DNA of 64,000 nt from Candidatus Latescibacterota bacterium (GCA_965200315.1 OZ241362.1:3840001-3904000); one strand, 5' to 3'. Positions 37,994 to 47,708 are shown, numbered from the stretch's first letter. The notes: generated by a model not told the origin, from the letters alone. Numbers and translations: made by a program.

Positions 37994-39946
37994 TTGAGCG
38001 CGATTTCACCAACGGCACAGCGGCCCGGCCTCCGTGCCCTCCTCGTCGGCGCAGCCGGTGCTGGGGCTATTGGTGCCGGCGTTCCGTATTGCAACATGGT
38101 GCTCCACGGCTCCCGGATCGCCTCGTACTTCAATACGCCGGCCGCCATTATCCTCTTCTTCCTGCTCGTCTTTGTCGTCAACACCCTGTTGGGCTTGGCT
38201 CGCCGCTCGTGGATGTTCAATCGAGCCGAACTGGCCCTGATCTACATCATGTGGATCGTCGCCACTGCCATCCCCGAATGGGGTCTGACCGCCTTCTTGC
38301 TACCCGATATCACCAGCCTGATCTACTATGCCACCCCCGAGAACAACTGGAACGAACTAGTCCTGCCTTATGTGCCGGACTGGATAATTCCGCACCACGA
38401 TTTCACCCGCATCCAACACTTCTACGAAGGGGCTCCCCAAGGCCAAGCTATACCTTGGAATTTGTGGCTCCGGCCGCTGGCCTACTGGTTGCCCTTTATT
38501 TTGGCGCTCTATCTGGCCATGATCACCTCCATGGTCATTCTGCGCCGTCAATGGGTTGAGCGCGAGCGCCTGATTTTCCCTTTGGTGCAGGTGCCGCTGT
38601 CCATGCTCCAAGGGGATGAAGACAGCCGCTCGCTGCTCAAGCCCTTCTTCCGCAATCCACTCATGTGGGTCGGCTTTGCCCTGCCGGCCATCCTGCAAAG
38701 CCTCAACGGTCTCAACCACTATTTCCCCTTTGTACCCACAATCAGTCTCGACGCCTCGGTATCCCTTTTCCGCGACACCATCCACATTCCGTTGCGCATT
38801 AGTTTCCAAATGATCGGATTCTCCTATTTCGTCAACCCCGATATCGCCTTTGGCCTGTGTTTCTTCTATCTGCTCAATACCGTGCAGCAGGGCCTTTTCA
38901 ACGTCTTGGGCTTCCAGACCATAGACCCTGTCCTCGGCGTGTACAGCGCCTATACCGGCTCCATTGTCGTGCATCAAGGCTTTGGTGCCATTCTAGTGCT
39001 GGTGCTCTTTGGTCTGTGGACTGCCCGGGGGCACTTGAAGGCCGTCGTCGGCAAAGCCTTGGGCCTCAACCCCAAAGTCGACGACGGAGATGAGATTCTC
39101 TCCTACCGGACCGCCTTCTTCCTGTTGTTGGGCAGCCTTGCATTCATGGGCGTCTGGCTGTGGAAATCGGGGCTACCGGCCTGGATCACGCCGATCTACC
39201 TGCTCTTGGTTTTCTTACTATTCATCGGCATCACCCGGGTGGTCGCCGAAGGGGGGCTCGCCTTTATCTTCGCGCCCATGATCGCCTCGGATTTCGTCGC
39301 GGCCGGTTTTGGCACCCGCGCCTTAGGCCCCACTGGCACCGTCGCCTTGGCCTTCACCTATGTCTGGGCCTCGGACATTCTCACCTTTGTCATGGCCTCT
39401 TGCGCCAACGGCCTCAGGCTGGTCGAAGAGACCATCTCCAAAGGCCGTCGGCTGGTCTTTTGGGCCATGCTAGTGGCTATTGTCGCGACCCTGGGGGCGT
39501 CGATCTGGGCTATCATCGACTTGGCCTACCGCTACGGCGGCATCAATACCGACCAGTTCTTTTTTGGCGGAGCCGCCCGCTATCCCTTTGACAATGCGGC
39601 CGCCCGCATTGCCGCTCCCACGGGTCCCAATTGGGCCAACTGGGGCTACACGGGAATTGGTGCCGGGTTTATGGGGTTACTCATGCTGGCGCGGCAGCGA
39701 TTTTTATGGTGGCCTTTCCATCCCTTGGGCTTTCCCATCAGCGCTGTTTTCGGCACCATGTTCTTCAGCGTCTTTTTGGCTTGGTTGCTCAAGACCGTAG
39801 TGATGAAATACGGCGGGCCCCGGCTCTATCTAAAGACCAAGCCCTTCTTTCTCGGTCTGATCCTCGGCCAATTCGTCACCGCCGGCCTCTGGTACGCCAT
39901 CGACCACTTGGCCGGCGAGAGCGGCAACGCGGTTATGATTTGGTAG
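37994..39946 (+). CDS. polytopic membrane protein, DUF6785/DUF6784 family (putative transporter)
   Basis: Many TM helices; RRQW...ERL.FPL, RVVAEGG, WWPFHPLG, YGG..LY....PFFLG.I.G. Confidence 0.72.
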   Translation: MSAISPTAQRPGLRALLVGAAGAGAIGAGVPYCNMVLHGSRIASYFNTPAAIILFFLLVFVVNTLLGLARRSWMFNRAELALIYIMWIVATAIPEWGLTAFLLPDITSLIYYATPENNWNELVLPYVPDWIIPHHDFTRIQHFYEGAPQGQAIPWNLWLRPLAYWLPFILALYLAMITSMVILRRQWVERERLIFPLVQVPLSMLQGDEDSRSLLKPFFRNPLMWVGFALPAILQSLNGLNHYFPFVPTISLDASVSLFRDTIHIPLRISFQMIGFSYFVNPDIAFGLCFFYLLNTVQQGLFNVLGFQTIDPVLGVYSAYTGSIVVHQGFGAILVLVLFGLWTARGHLKAVVGKALGLNPKVDDGDEILSYRTAFFLLLGSLAFMGVWLWKSGLPAWITPIYLLLVFLLFIGITRVVAEGGLAFIFAPMIASDFVAAGFGTRALGPTGTVALAFTYVWASDILTFVMASCANGLRLVEETISKGRRLVFWAMLVAIVATLGASIWAIIDLAYRYGGINTDQFFFGGAARYPFDNAAARIAAPTGPNWANWGYTGIGAGFMGLLMLARQRFLWWPFHPLGFPISAVFGTMFFSVFLAWLLKTVVMKYGGPRLYLKTKPFFLGLILGQFVTAGLWYAIDHLAGESGNAVMIW

Positions 39947-39998
39947 GGCGGCACTGCTGGCGGCGGTTGCCGCCGTATTTTAATTTCAACTAACGCAG

Positions 39999-42900
39999 AT
40001 GACCACTCCACCCCTCCAATCCATACTCGCGCCGCTAACTGTCCTGCGCCGCCGCGCCCTCGCCTTCGCCCTCGGTTCTGGAGTAGCCCTGTGCCTAGCT
40101 GCCGGTCTGAGCCTCGGCTTGCTGTGGGTCCTGCTTGAAGCCCTGTTTTTTTTCTCGCCGCCTTGGCGCACGGGCCTCGGCCTTACTGCATTCGGAGGAA
40201 CTTGTGGGGTGCTGGCATTTGCTCTCAGGCGGCACTTGCCCGTTCTCCTCTCGCAGCACCGCTTCGCCCTCTTCGTCGAAAGGCGCTGTACCCCGCTCCA
40301 ACAGCAGCTAATTAGTGCCTTGGAGCTATCCGATGCAGACTCAGCTCAGCACTCGCCGGCGTTGCTTGCGGCTGCAAGCGAGCGGGCCGCCGCGCTCTTG
40401 CGCGCTACCAACCCTTCCCAAATCCTCGACCGTCGGCCGCTCTATGCCTACCTGCGCCTGCTTGGCGGCTCAGCAGCCGTCGCGCTCCTCTGCGGTGCGC
40501 TGTTGGGCGACGACCTCACCCAAGCGGTCTATCGCTGCGCCCATCCCCTCACCGCGTACGAGCGGCCGCCGCGTACCCTGATCACCGTCCAGCCCGGCGA
40601 CCTCGAAGTCATCAAGGGCGACGACGCCACCCTGCAAGTGCATTTTGCCGGCGACAAGCCGCGCCGCGCCCGCATCGTGCGCCGTGCGAGCGCAGAAGCA
40701 CCCTACCAGAGCGAAGAACTCGTAATCGATCGCGCCGACTCAGTCGCTTATACCTTCCCCCAAGTCCAGCGCTCCTTCCGCTACGCCATCGCGGCTGGCG
40801 ACGACCGCTCGCCCGAGTACGAGGTACTCGTCATCGACCCTCCGGCCGTCAAGCACTTGCGCTTGCACTACCAGTATCCGGCGTATAGCCAACTACCCGC
40901 CCGCATCGATTTGGAAGGCGGCGACATAGAGGGCTTGCCCGGCACCCACGTCGCCCTCGAAATCGCGGCCAACAAACCCCTGTCCAAGGCCACCTTGGTC
41001 CTCGACGACACCCTAGCGACCTCCGCCCAACTCGACGGAGCGAGTGCCCGCGTCGCCTTCCAAATCGAGCGCCCGGGCGCGTACCACATCGCCCTCGTCG
41101 ATCGCAAGGGCGCGACAAACCGCGACCCCATCCGCTACGCCATCCAAGTGCGCGAAGACCAAAAGCCAGTGGTCACCATCGTCGATCCCGGCCGCGACAG
41201 CGACCTGCCCGAATCCCTCAAGGTGCTGCTCAAGGCCGAGGCCAGCGATGACTTTTCCGTCGAGGAAATAGCCTTAGTCTATCGAGTCAACAGCGGCCCC
41301 GAACAGCACCGAGCTTTACCCATCAACCCTCAGCGCGAGGTGCTCGTCAGCCACATCTGGGACCTCTCGGCCACCAACCTTCAGCTGAGCTCAGGTCGAA
41401 GCCTCTTGCCCGAAGACCGCATCTACTACCACCTAGAGGCCCTCGACAACAATCAAGTAGCCGGTCCGCAAAAGGGTCAGAGCCGCCAGTACGTATTGCG
41501 CTTCCCCTCCCTGCACGAACTCTACTCAGAGGCCGACCAAGCCCAAGAGGAACAACTATCCTCCTTGGAAGAGCTAGCGGCCGAAGGACAGGCTCATCAG
41601 GAGTACATAGAACGGGTGCGCCGCGAGTTGCTCAAAAGCGAGGAGCTGAGTTGGGAGCAAAAAAAGGAACTCGAAGCGACGCTCGCGGCCGAAGCCGAGC
41701 GCGCCCGCGCCGTAGAGGAGTTGGCGGCTGAGTTGGAAAAATCCATCGATTCCATGCAGGCCGAGGACACGGGTGCCGAAGAGCTGCTCGACAAGCTCAA
41801 CCACATCCGCGAGCTCATGGGCGACATCGCCACCCCCGAAATGCAGCAGGCCCTCGCCGACCTGCAAAAAGCCGCCAGCAACCCAGACCCCCAAGCCCTC
41901 GCCGACGCCCTCAAGCGCTTTAACGAAGACCAGCAAGCCTTCCAGCAACGGCTCGACCGCACCATTGCCCTGCTTGAACAGGTGCGGACCGAGCAGCAGC
42001 TTCGCGCCATCGTCGAGCAAGCCGCAGAGCTAGCCCGACGCCAGAGCCAGATAAACCGCGAGCTTGCGGACGGCCAGAGCGGCCTGCGCCAGCAACTACA
42101 GGAAGGCAGTTTGCAGCGCGATACCGAGCGGCTCGCCGAGCAGCTCCAAGACCTGAGCGAATCCACAGCCGAGCAAAACCCCGCGCTCTCCGAACAGCTA
42201 GCCCACCGCGCCGAGGACATAGAGCGCAAGGCACTCGCCGAGCGGATGCGTCAGATGGTGAACCAGATTCGGGCCAAATCCCCAAGTGCGGCCCAGCAGA
42301 GCGGACAGGCCCTAGCCGCCGATCTCGACTCGCTAGCCGAGGGCTTGCAGCAACTGCAAGACGAATACCTCTCTGAAGAAAAAGACCAACTCAGCCGCGA
42401 ACTGCGCCGCGCCATGCGCGATCTCATCCAACTATCTCAACGCCAAGAGAGCCTATTCGCCGACACCCGAGCCCAAGACCAATTCGCGCTTATGCAAGGC
42501 ACCAGTCAGGTCGTGGAGCGCATCGCCACCGTGGGCCGGCGCACCCTAGCCCTCGCCCCCGATTTGAGCGCAACCGTCGGCTACGCCCTGCGCGATATGC
42601 AACACGCAGCCCAGCGCCTCGGCCAGCGCGACGTGCAAGGGGCGCACCATTTCCAGCGCAAGGCCATGCGCTATCTCAATGAGACCGTGCTCCTCTTGCG
42701 CGAGAGCCTCGACAACCTCGCCAAGGCGCAGACCCCTTCGGCCTTTGCCGAGGCCATGCAGCAGCTACTCGGCCTCTCCGAGCAGCAAAACCAACTAAAC
42801 CAAGCCTCCGAGCAGGTCATGGGCCAAACGCCAAGCCCTGCGCTCCAAGGGCAAATCGCGCGCCTCAGCTCCCAACAGCAGGGCCTCATGCAAACGCTCG

Positions 42901-43295
42901 ACGAGATCGCCCGCTCGCTGCGCGGGCACCGAGGAGCGCAACAGCGAGTGCAGGCCATCGAGGACGAGGTGCGGGACGTGCTCGCCGACTTACAGCGCGG
43001 TCGGCTCACCCGGCGCACGCGGCAAAATCAAGAGCGCATCTATCAGCGCATGCTCGACGCCAGCCGCTCCATCCACAGCCGCGGCTTTGACGAAAAGCGG
43101 CGCAGCATCGCGGCTACCGACCAGCCCTACGCCGGCCCAACCGCCCTACCCACCGGTCGCGGGCAGACGCCCGACCTGTGGCGCGAGGCCCTGCGCCAAG
43201 CGCTCGCTGGTCCTTATCCCGAAGAGTACCGCGCCTTGCTCCGGCACTACTACGACCAAATCTACCAAGACCTACAAGCGCACGAAGCCCCATGA
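39999..43295 (+). CDS. DUF4175-like membrane-anchored Ig + coiled-coil protein
   Basis: 3 TM helices, YPAY, D..P.V....PG.D, A.DD, long Gln-rich coiled coil, RMLDA.RS, P.EY......YY. Confidence 0.75.
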   Translation: MTTPPLQSILAPLTVLRRRALAFALGSGVALCLAAGLSLGLLWVLLEALFFFSPPWRTGLGLTAFGGTCGVLAFALRRHLPVLLSQHRFALFVERRCTPLQQQLISALELSDADSAQHSPALLAAASERAAALLRATNPSQILDRRPLYAYLRLLGGSAAVALLCGALLGDDLTQAVYRCAHPLTAYERPPRTLITVQPGDLEVIKGDDATLQVHFAGDKPRRARIVRRASAEAPYQSEELVIDRADSVAYTFPQVQRSFRYAIAAGDDRSPEYEVLVIDPPAVKHLRLHYQYPAYSQLPARIDLEGGDIEGLPGTHVALEIAANKPLSKATLVLDDTLATSAQLDGASARVAFQIERPGAYHIALVDRKGATNRDPIRYAIQVREDQKPVVTIVDPGRDSDLPESLKVLLKAEASDDFSVEEIALVYRVNSGPEQHRALPINPQREVLVSHIWDLSATNLQLSSGRSLLPEDRIYYHLEALDNNQVAGPQKGQSRQYVLRFPSLHELYSEADQAQEEQLSSLEELAAEGQAHQEYIERVRRELLKSEELSWEQKKELEATLAAEAERARAVEELAAELEKSIDSMQAEDTGAEELLDKLNHIRELMGDIATPEMQQALADLQKAASNPDPQALADALKRFNEDQQAFQQRLDRTIALLEQVRTEQQLRAIVEQAAELARRQSQINRELADGQSGLRQQLQEGSLQRDTERLAEQLQDLSESTAEQNPALSEQLAHRAEDIERKALAERMRQMVNQIRAKSPSAAQQSGQALAADLDSLAEGLQQLQDEYLSEEKDQLSRELRRAMRDLIQLSQRQESLFADTRAQDQFALMQGTSQVVERIATVGRRTLALAPDLSATVGYALRDMQHAAQRLGQRDVQGAHHFQRKAMRYLNETVLLLRESLDNLAKAQTPSAFAEAMQQLLGLSEQQNQLNQASEQVMGQTPSPALQGQIARLSSQQQGLMQTLDEIARSLRGHRGAQQRVQAIEDEVRDVLADLQRGRLTRRTRQNQERIYQRMLDASRSIHSRGFDEKRRSIAATDQPYAGPTALPTGRGQTPDLWREALRQALAGPYPEEYRALLRHYYDQIYQDLQAHEAP
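41384..41403 (-). repeat. REP-like family B remnant inside a CDS
   Basis: GCTGAGCTCAGGTCGAAGCC vs intergenic GCTGAGCCGGTCGAAGCC (48644-48661). Confidence 0.55.
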
Positions 43296-44155
43296 AAATA
43301 CCCGCCCTCATCTGCGCCCTCGGCCTGTGGAGCACGGCTGCCGCAGCCGCCGACCTGCCAGCTCAGACTTCGGCAAGCTCAGTCGAGCAGTCGAGCAAGC
43401 GAGCAGTCGAGCAAGCGCACCTATTGCTAGAGCACGATGCCCGAGGCGCTTGCACCGCCCTGCAAGCGGTGATCAAAGCCCCGCAGCACGGGCCGTGGAC
43501 CGAGCCGGCCCAACTGCTGTTCGCCGAGTGCAGCCTGCGCCTCGGCGACCTAGACCGCGCCGATAGCTTGTGGGCCCACTTGGAACAGCGCGGCGGTCCG
43601 GCTGTATACGCGGCTCGCTATCACCGCGCCGAACTGCTTTACTTCCGCGGCGACTTTGCCGCAGCTATAGTCGCCTTGGCCACGCTGGCCACAGCCGACG
43701 ACGCGGGCCATGACTTTGCCAACGATGTCCTCGCCCTACTCGCCATCTGCGAAGAGTACGCCGCGGCCGATGGCCTCGCCGATCTCAGCCGCGCTCAGCT
43801 CTTAGAGCGGCAAGGACAGAGCGCAGCGGCCGACGCGCACTGGGCTACCCTCGAAGACGGTGCCGACCCGGGCCTTGCCGAGTGGAGCTTGCTCCTCCGC
43901 GCCGAATTGTGCGCTCAACAAGATCGTCTCGACGAGGCCGGCGCCCTATATCAGCGCCAAATCGCCCGCTTCCCCCAAGGCGAGCACATCGTCGCCGCCC
44001 ACCTCGGCCTAGCCGCGATCTACGAGCGCCAAGGCGCGATTGAGCAAGCCCTCAAAACCTACGAGACCGCGCTCCTCCAGCACCCACACGATGCCCGCGC
44101 CCCAGAGGCGCGCCTACACATTGAGCGGCTCCGTCACCTGCGCGAAAGCGGCTGA
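43292..44155 (+). CDS. exported TPR protein
   Basis: ATGA overlap with the upstream gene; signal peptide; TPR helices. Confidence 0.78.
   Translation: MKIPALICALGLWSTAAAAADLPAQTSASSVEQSSKRAVEQAHLLLEHDARGACTALQAVIKAPQHGPWTEPAQLLFAECSLRLGDLDRADSLWAHLEQRGGPAVYAARYHRAELLYFRGDFAAAIVALATLATADDAGHDFANDVLALLAICEEYAAADGLADLSRAQLLERQGQSAAADAHWATLEDGADPGLAEWSLLLRAELCAQQDRLDEAGALYQRQIARFPQGEHIVAAHLGLAAIYERQGAIEQALKTYETALLQHPHDARAPEARLHIERLRHLRESG
43366..43416 (+). repeat. REP-like family B remnant plus perfect 16-bp tandem duplication inside a CDS
   Basis: GACTTCGGCAAGCTCAGTC, then GAGCAGTCGAGCAAGC x2 (43385-43416). Confidence 0.6.
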
Positions 44156-44159
44156 TCTC

Positions 44160-45419
44160 ATGCCCATTTTCATTGCCCTAGCCCTTGGCACCCTCGCCCT
44201 CCTCCCGGCCCGCGCCGAGCAGATCCTCGTGCCCATGGACACCTCTCAGCGCGACCACCTGCGGGCCTACGGCCTCGCTTTTTGGACCTTGGAACGCGGC
44301 ATTCCGGTTGCGTGGCTGCTCAACTACCGCGGCGGCGCATTCCTCGTCGAAGCACACGCCCTCATCGCCAGCGAAGCCATCCTGCGCGGCATCAGCACCG
44401 AGCACATCTCCGAGGCCCAAGCCGCCCAGATCTACGCGGAGATCGATGCGTCCAACATGGAAGTCGTGCGCTTGGAAAAGGTGCCGAAGATCGCCGTGTA
44501 CACGCCGCCGAACAAACAGCCTTGGGACGACGCGGTGACCCTTGCGCTGGAATACGCCCAAATCGACTACGAAAAAATCTGGGACGACGAAGTGCTCCAA
44601 GGTGCGCTCGACAACTACGATTGGCTGCACCTGCACCACGAGGACTTCACCGGCCAGTACGGCAAGTTCTACGGCTCCTACAGCAATCAGGCTTGGTACC
44701 GCGAACAGCAGACCGCGTACGAGCAGATGGCGCACCGCCTCGGCTATGCCAAGGTCTCCGCGCAAAAGAAGGCCGTGGTCGTCAAGATCTACGAATATAT
44801 GGCAGCGGGTGGCTTCCTCTTCGCCATGTGCTCGGCCACCGATACCTTTGACATCGCCCTCGCCGCGCTCTCCGTGGATATATGCCACGCGGTTTTTGAC
44901 GGCGACGCGGCCGACCCCAACGCCCAAGCCCAACTCGACTTCAGCCGCACCGTGGCCTTTGAGAACTTCGTGCTCGAAACCAACCCGCTCGTGTACGAAT
45001 TCTCAAACATCGACACCACGCCAGACGACATGCGCCGGGTCCGCACGGCTGAGGCCGAGTATTTCACGCTGTTTGAGTTTTCCGCCAAATACGACCCGGT
45101 GCCGACGATGCTCACCCAGTGTCACACCAACATCGTCGATGGCTTCCTCGGCCAGACCACGGCCTTCCGCCGGTCGCTGATCAAGGACTCGGTCATCCTC
45201 CTCGGCCAAGAAGAGGGCACCGACAGCGTCAAGTACATCCACGGCCGCGTCGGCAAGGGCACCTTTACCTTCTACGCCGGTCACGACCCAGAAGACCACA
45301 GGCACCACGTCTATGATCCGCCGACCAACCTCACCCTGCATCCCAACTCGCCCGGCTACCGGCTCATTTTGAACAACGTGCTCTTCCCGGCGGCCAAGAA
45401 AAAGGAGCGCAAGACCTGA
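44160..45419 (+). CDS. conserved exported protein of the family often labelled asparagine synthetase B (GATase-like fold); function unknown
   Basis: WLLNYRGG, PWDDAVT, DWLHLHHEDFTG, FAMCSATD, GHDPED, SPGYRLILNN. Confidence 0.75.
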   Translation: MPIFIALALGTLALLPARAEQILVPMDTSQRDHLRAYGLAFWTLERGIPVAWLLNYRGGAFLVEAHALIASEAILRGISTEHISEAQAAQIYAEIDASNMEVVRLEKVPKIAVYTPPNKQPWDDAVTLALEYAQIDYEKIWDDEVLQGALDNYDWLHLHHEDFTGQYGKFYGSYSNQAWYREQQTAYEQMAHRLGYAKVSAQKKAVVVKIYEYMAAGGFLFAMCSATDTFDIALAALSVDICHAVFDGDAADPNAQAQLDFSRTVAFENFVLETNPLVYEFSNIDTTPDDMRRVRTAEAEYFTLFEFSAKYDPVPTMLTQCHTNIVDGFLGQTTAFRRSLIKDSVILLGQEEGTDSVKYIHGRVGKGTFTFYAGHDPEDHRHHVYDPPTNLTLHPNSPGYRLILNNVLFPAAKKKERKT

Positions 45420-45470
45420 GCGAGGAAAGGGAACTGCTATGAAGCCGTTTTCTCATAGGAGGGATTGACT

Positions 45471-45713
45471 ATGCCCATGATAGCTGTGCCCGCCCATTTT
45501 GATGGGAAGCGCATTTGCTTGGATGAACCATTTGACTTAGCACCGAATGCAAAACTGATCGTCACCATTCTACCAAATCAGGAGTCCGATAGTGAGCATT
45601 CAGCTTGGTCGCGTTTATCCGGTCAAAGACTAAAAGACGCCTATGGGGAAAACGAGCCTGAGTATTCATCGGATTTGCTCAAAGAGGTGAATCCCGACTA
45701 TGAAGGAAGGTGA
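45471..45713 (+). CDS. putative antitoxin
   Basis: AHFDG..I.LDEP, W..LS...L..AYGE.EPEY; overlaps the toxin start. Confidence 0.75.
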   Translation: MPMIAVPAHFDGKRICLDEPFDLAPNAKLIVTILPNQESDSEHSAWSRLSGQRLKDAYGENEPEYSSDLLKEVNPDYEGR

Positions 45714-46053
45714 CGTCGTTATTACACCAGTACCTCAGGCTGATGGAGAACTAAAGGACCGACCTGCCATTTTTCTACGGGAAATGCCATTCTATCGCGA
45801 TCTGCTTGTTTGCGGTGTAAGCACTCAGTTCCATCAGTATGTCGAGGAATTTGATGAAGTCATTTCCCTTGCCGACGCGGATTTCAAGTCGAGTGGTCTG
45901 CGCTCAAAATCTCTGATTCGACTAGGCTTTCTCGCTGTGTTACCGCGTCATCGCGTACTTGGCTCTATAGGGTCTATTTCGCCTGAACGGCACAGACGTC
46001 TATTGAGCAAGCTGAGTGATTACCTTCTCAAGGCCGCAAGAGGAATCGGCTGA
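45700..46053 (+). CDS. PemK/MazF-family toxin
   Basis: GDVV....PQADG..K.RPA, CGVST, SGL...S.IR, GSIS. Confidence 0.85.
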   Translation: MKEGDVVITPVPQADGELKDRPAIFLREMPFYRDLLVCGVSTQFHQYVEEFDEVISLADADFKSSGLRSKSLIRLGFLAVLPRHRVLGSIGSISPERHRRLLSKLSDYLLKAARGIG

Positions 46054-46107
46054 TCTTGGACAACGTGCTCTTCCCGGCGGCCAAGAAAAAGGAGCGCAAG
46101 ACCTGAG
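46047..46107 (+). repeat. duplicate of the 3' end of gene 44160-45419 (direct repeat with 45360-45420)
   Basis: 58/61 identity with a 48-bp perfect core; copies are 687 bp apart. Confidence 0.95.
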
Positions 46108-46186
46108 TAGGCATGCCGTCCTAAATGAGTTGAAAGCATGGAACGTTCAGCGGCTCCGTCTTCGCTGCGTTCCCGGCCATAGACCA

Positions 46187-46211
46187 GCGGACGAGACGCC
46201 CGCGCATCCAG
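46187..46211 (+). repeat. REP-like hairpin family A, copy 3
   Basis: GCGGACG-AGA-CGCCCGCGCATCCAG. Confidence 0.55.
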
Positions 46212-46376
46212 CCATACTTCGCATCTTATGAATGACGGAGGATTGCTATAGGCCCAGACCACTCAAAACGGTCTGGGCTGTTGTTGCGTGAGGCGGGGGT
46301 GAAAATCGCCGACTCCGAGGCGCAGCTATTGGTAGGCTCTGTTGCGGAGTTCCTTTGGACTCCTTTAGAACAAGAA

Positions 46377-46419
46377 CATATAGAGGCTGGGCCTACTCAT
46401 AAGGCCCAGCCTCTATATG
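46377..46419. terminator. perfect 18-bp stem-loop, probable terminator
   Basis: CATATAGAGGCTGGGCCT-7nt-AGGCCCAGCCTCTATATG. Confidence 0.7.
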
Positions 46420-46434
46420 CTATGCTGCGACCAG

Positions 46435-46620
46435 CTACTTGGCCACCGTGCGCGACGTGACAGCCGGCACGAAAATCGCAATGATCACATCGACGAAATT
46501 GGCTTCCGTCTCAATGGTATAGTCGGTGGCCTCCCCGGGCATGGCTTTTGTATCCACCTCGTTGATCGGTGCCAAGTCGAGGATGTACCACCTGGCTGTG
46601 ATTGCCCGAGAACATTGAGG
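46435..46620 (-). pseudogene. C-terminal remnant of a small Bor/Iss-like lipoprotein
   Basis: RWYIL.LAPINEVDTKAM...ATDYTI.TE..F.D.II.....VTSRTV; no signal peptide upstream. Confidence 0.45.
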
Positions 46621-46717
46621 CCGCAGAACGGGCACGAATGGCTTGCAAACTGGCCAAGCAGCACCTTCTCCCATATCTTCTGCCAATTCACTTACCCGTT
46701 GCATTGAAAGGAAGTAC

Positions 46718-47707
46718 ATGTCGGATGTCGAGGCCGTAGCCCAACTCGGCCAAATCAGGGACCGCATCTACGGCGAGATCGGCCAAGTAATTATCGGCCA
46801 GAAGCAGATTGTCGAAGAGCTGCTCATAGCCTTGCTCGCCGGCGGCCACTGCCTGCTCGTAGGTGTACCTGGCCTAGCCAAAACTACGCTCATCCAAACC
46901 CTCGCCCGCACGCTCGACCTCTCCTTTGGCCGCATCCAATTCACTCCGGATCTGATGCCCTCGGACATCACCGGCACCGAGGTACTCGAAGAGGACATCG
47001 ACACCGGCCGCAAGGCATTTCGCTTCATCCGCGGGCCCCTGTTTGCCAACGTCATCCTCGCCGACGAAATCAACCGCACGCCGCCCAAGACCCAAGCGGC
47101 CCTGCTCCAAGCCATGCAGGAACACGCGGTCACCGCGGCTGGTGAGACCATGCAGCTCAGCGAGCCATTCTTCGTGCTCGCCACCCAAAACCCCATTGAG
47201 CAGGAAGGGACCTACCCCCTGCCCGAAGCCCAGCTCGACCGCTTTATCTTCGAGCTATGGATCGACTATCCCAGCGACCGCGAGGAAGAGGACATCGTCC
47301 GCGCCACCACCAGCGTCGCCCAAGCAACTGTCCGCCAAGTCGTCGATGCCGAGCAGATCGTCGAGCTGCAACAACTCGTGCGCCGGGTGCCCGTGGCCGA
47401 TCACTGCGTCCGCTACGCCGTCTCGCTGGTGCGCTCCTCCCGGCCCGGGGACGCCCAAGCACCGGACTACATCCGCGAAATGGTCAGTTGGGGTGCCGGG
47501 CCGCGAGCCTCCCAGTACTTGGTCTTAGCGGCCAAGGCGCGGGCCATCCTCGCCGGGCGGCACTCGGTCGCCATCGAGGACATCCTCGCCGTGGCGCTGC
47601 CGGTGATGCGCCACCGCATGGTCGTCAACTTCCACGCCGAAGCGCAAAACATCAGCGCGGTTGGCCTGATTCAACGCCTGCTCGCCGACGTGGAGCCAGA
47701 GTCCTGA
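46718..47707 (+). CDS. MoxR-family AAA+ ATPase
   Basis: GVPGLAKT, RIQFTPDLMPSD, DEINR.PPKTQ, ATQNPIEQEGTYPLPEAQLDRF. Confidence 0.95.
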   Translation: MSDVEAVAQLGQIRDRIYGEIGQVIIGQKQIVEELLIALLAGGHCLLVGVPGLAKTTLIQTLARTLDLSFGRIQFTPDLMPSDITGTEVLEEDIDTGRKAFRFIRGPLFANVILADEINRTPPKTQAALLQAMQEHAVTAAGETMQLSEPFFVLATQNPIEQEGTYPLPEAQLDRFIFELWIDYPSDREEEDIVRATTSVAQATVRQVVDAEQIVELQQLVRRVPVADHCVRYAVSLVRSSRPGDAQAPDYIREMVSWGAGPRASQYLVLAAKARAILAGRHSVAIEDILAVALPVMRHRMVVNFHAEAQNISAVGLIQRLLADVEPES

Positions 47708-47708
47708 C

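Noticed and set aside
44160-45419. Assignment as a true asparagine synthetase
   Set aside because: It has a signal peptide and lacks the N-terminal Cys and SGGLDS motifs of AsnB.
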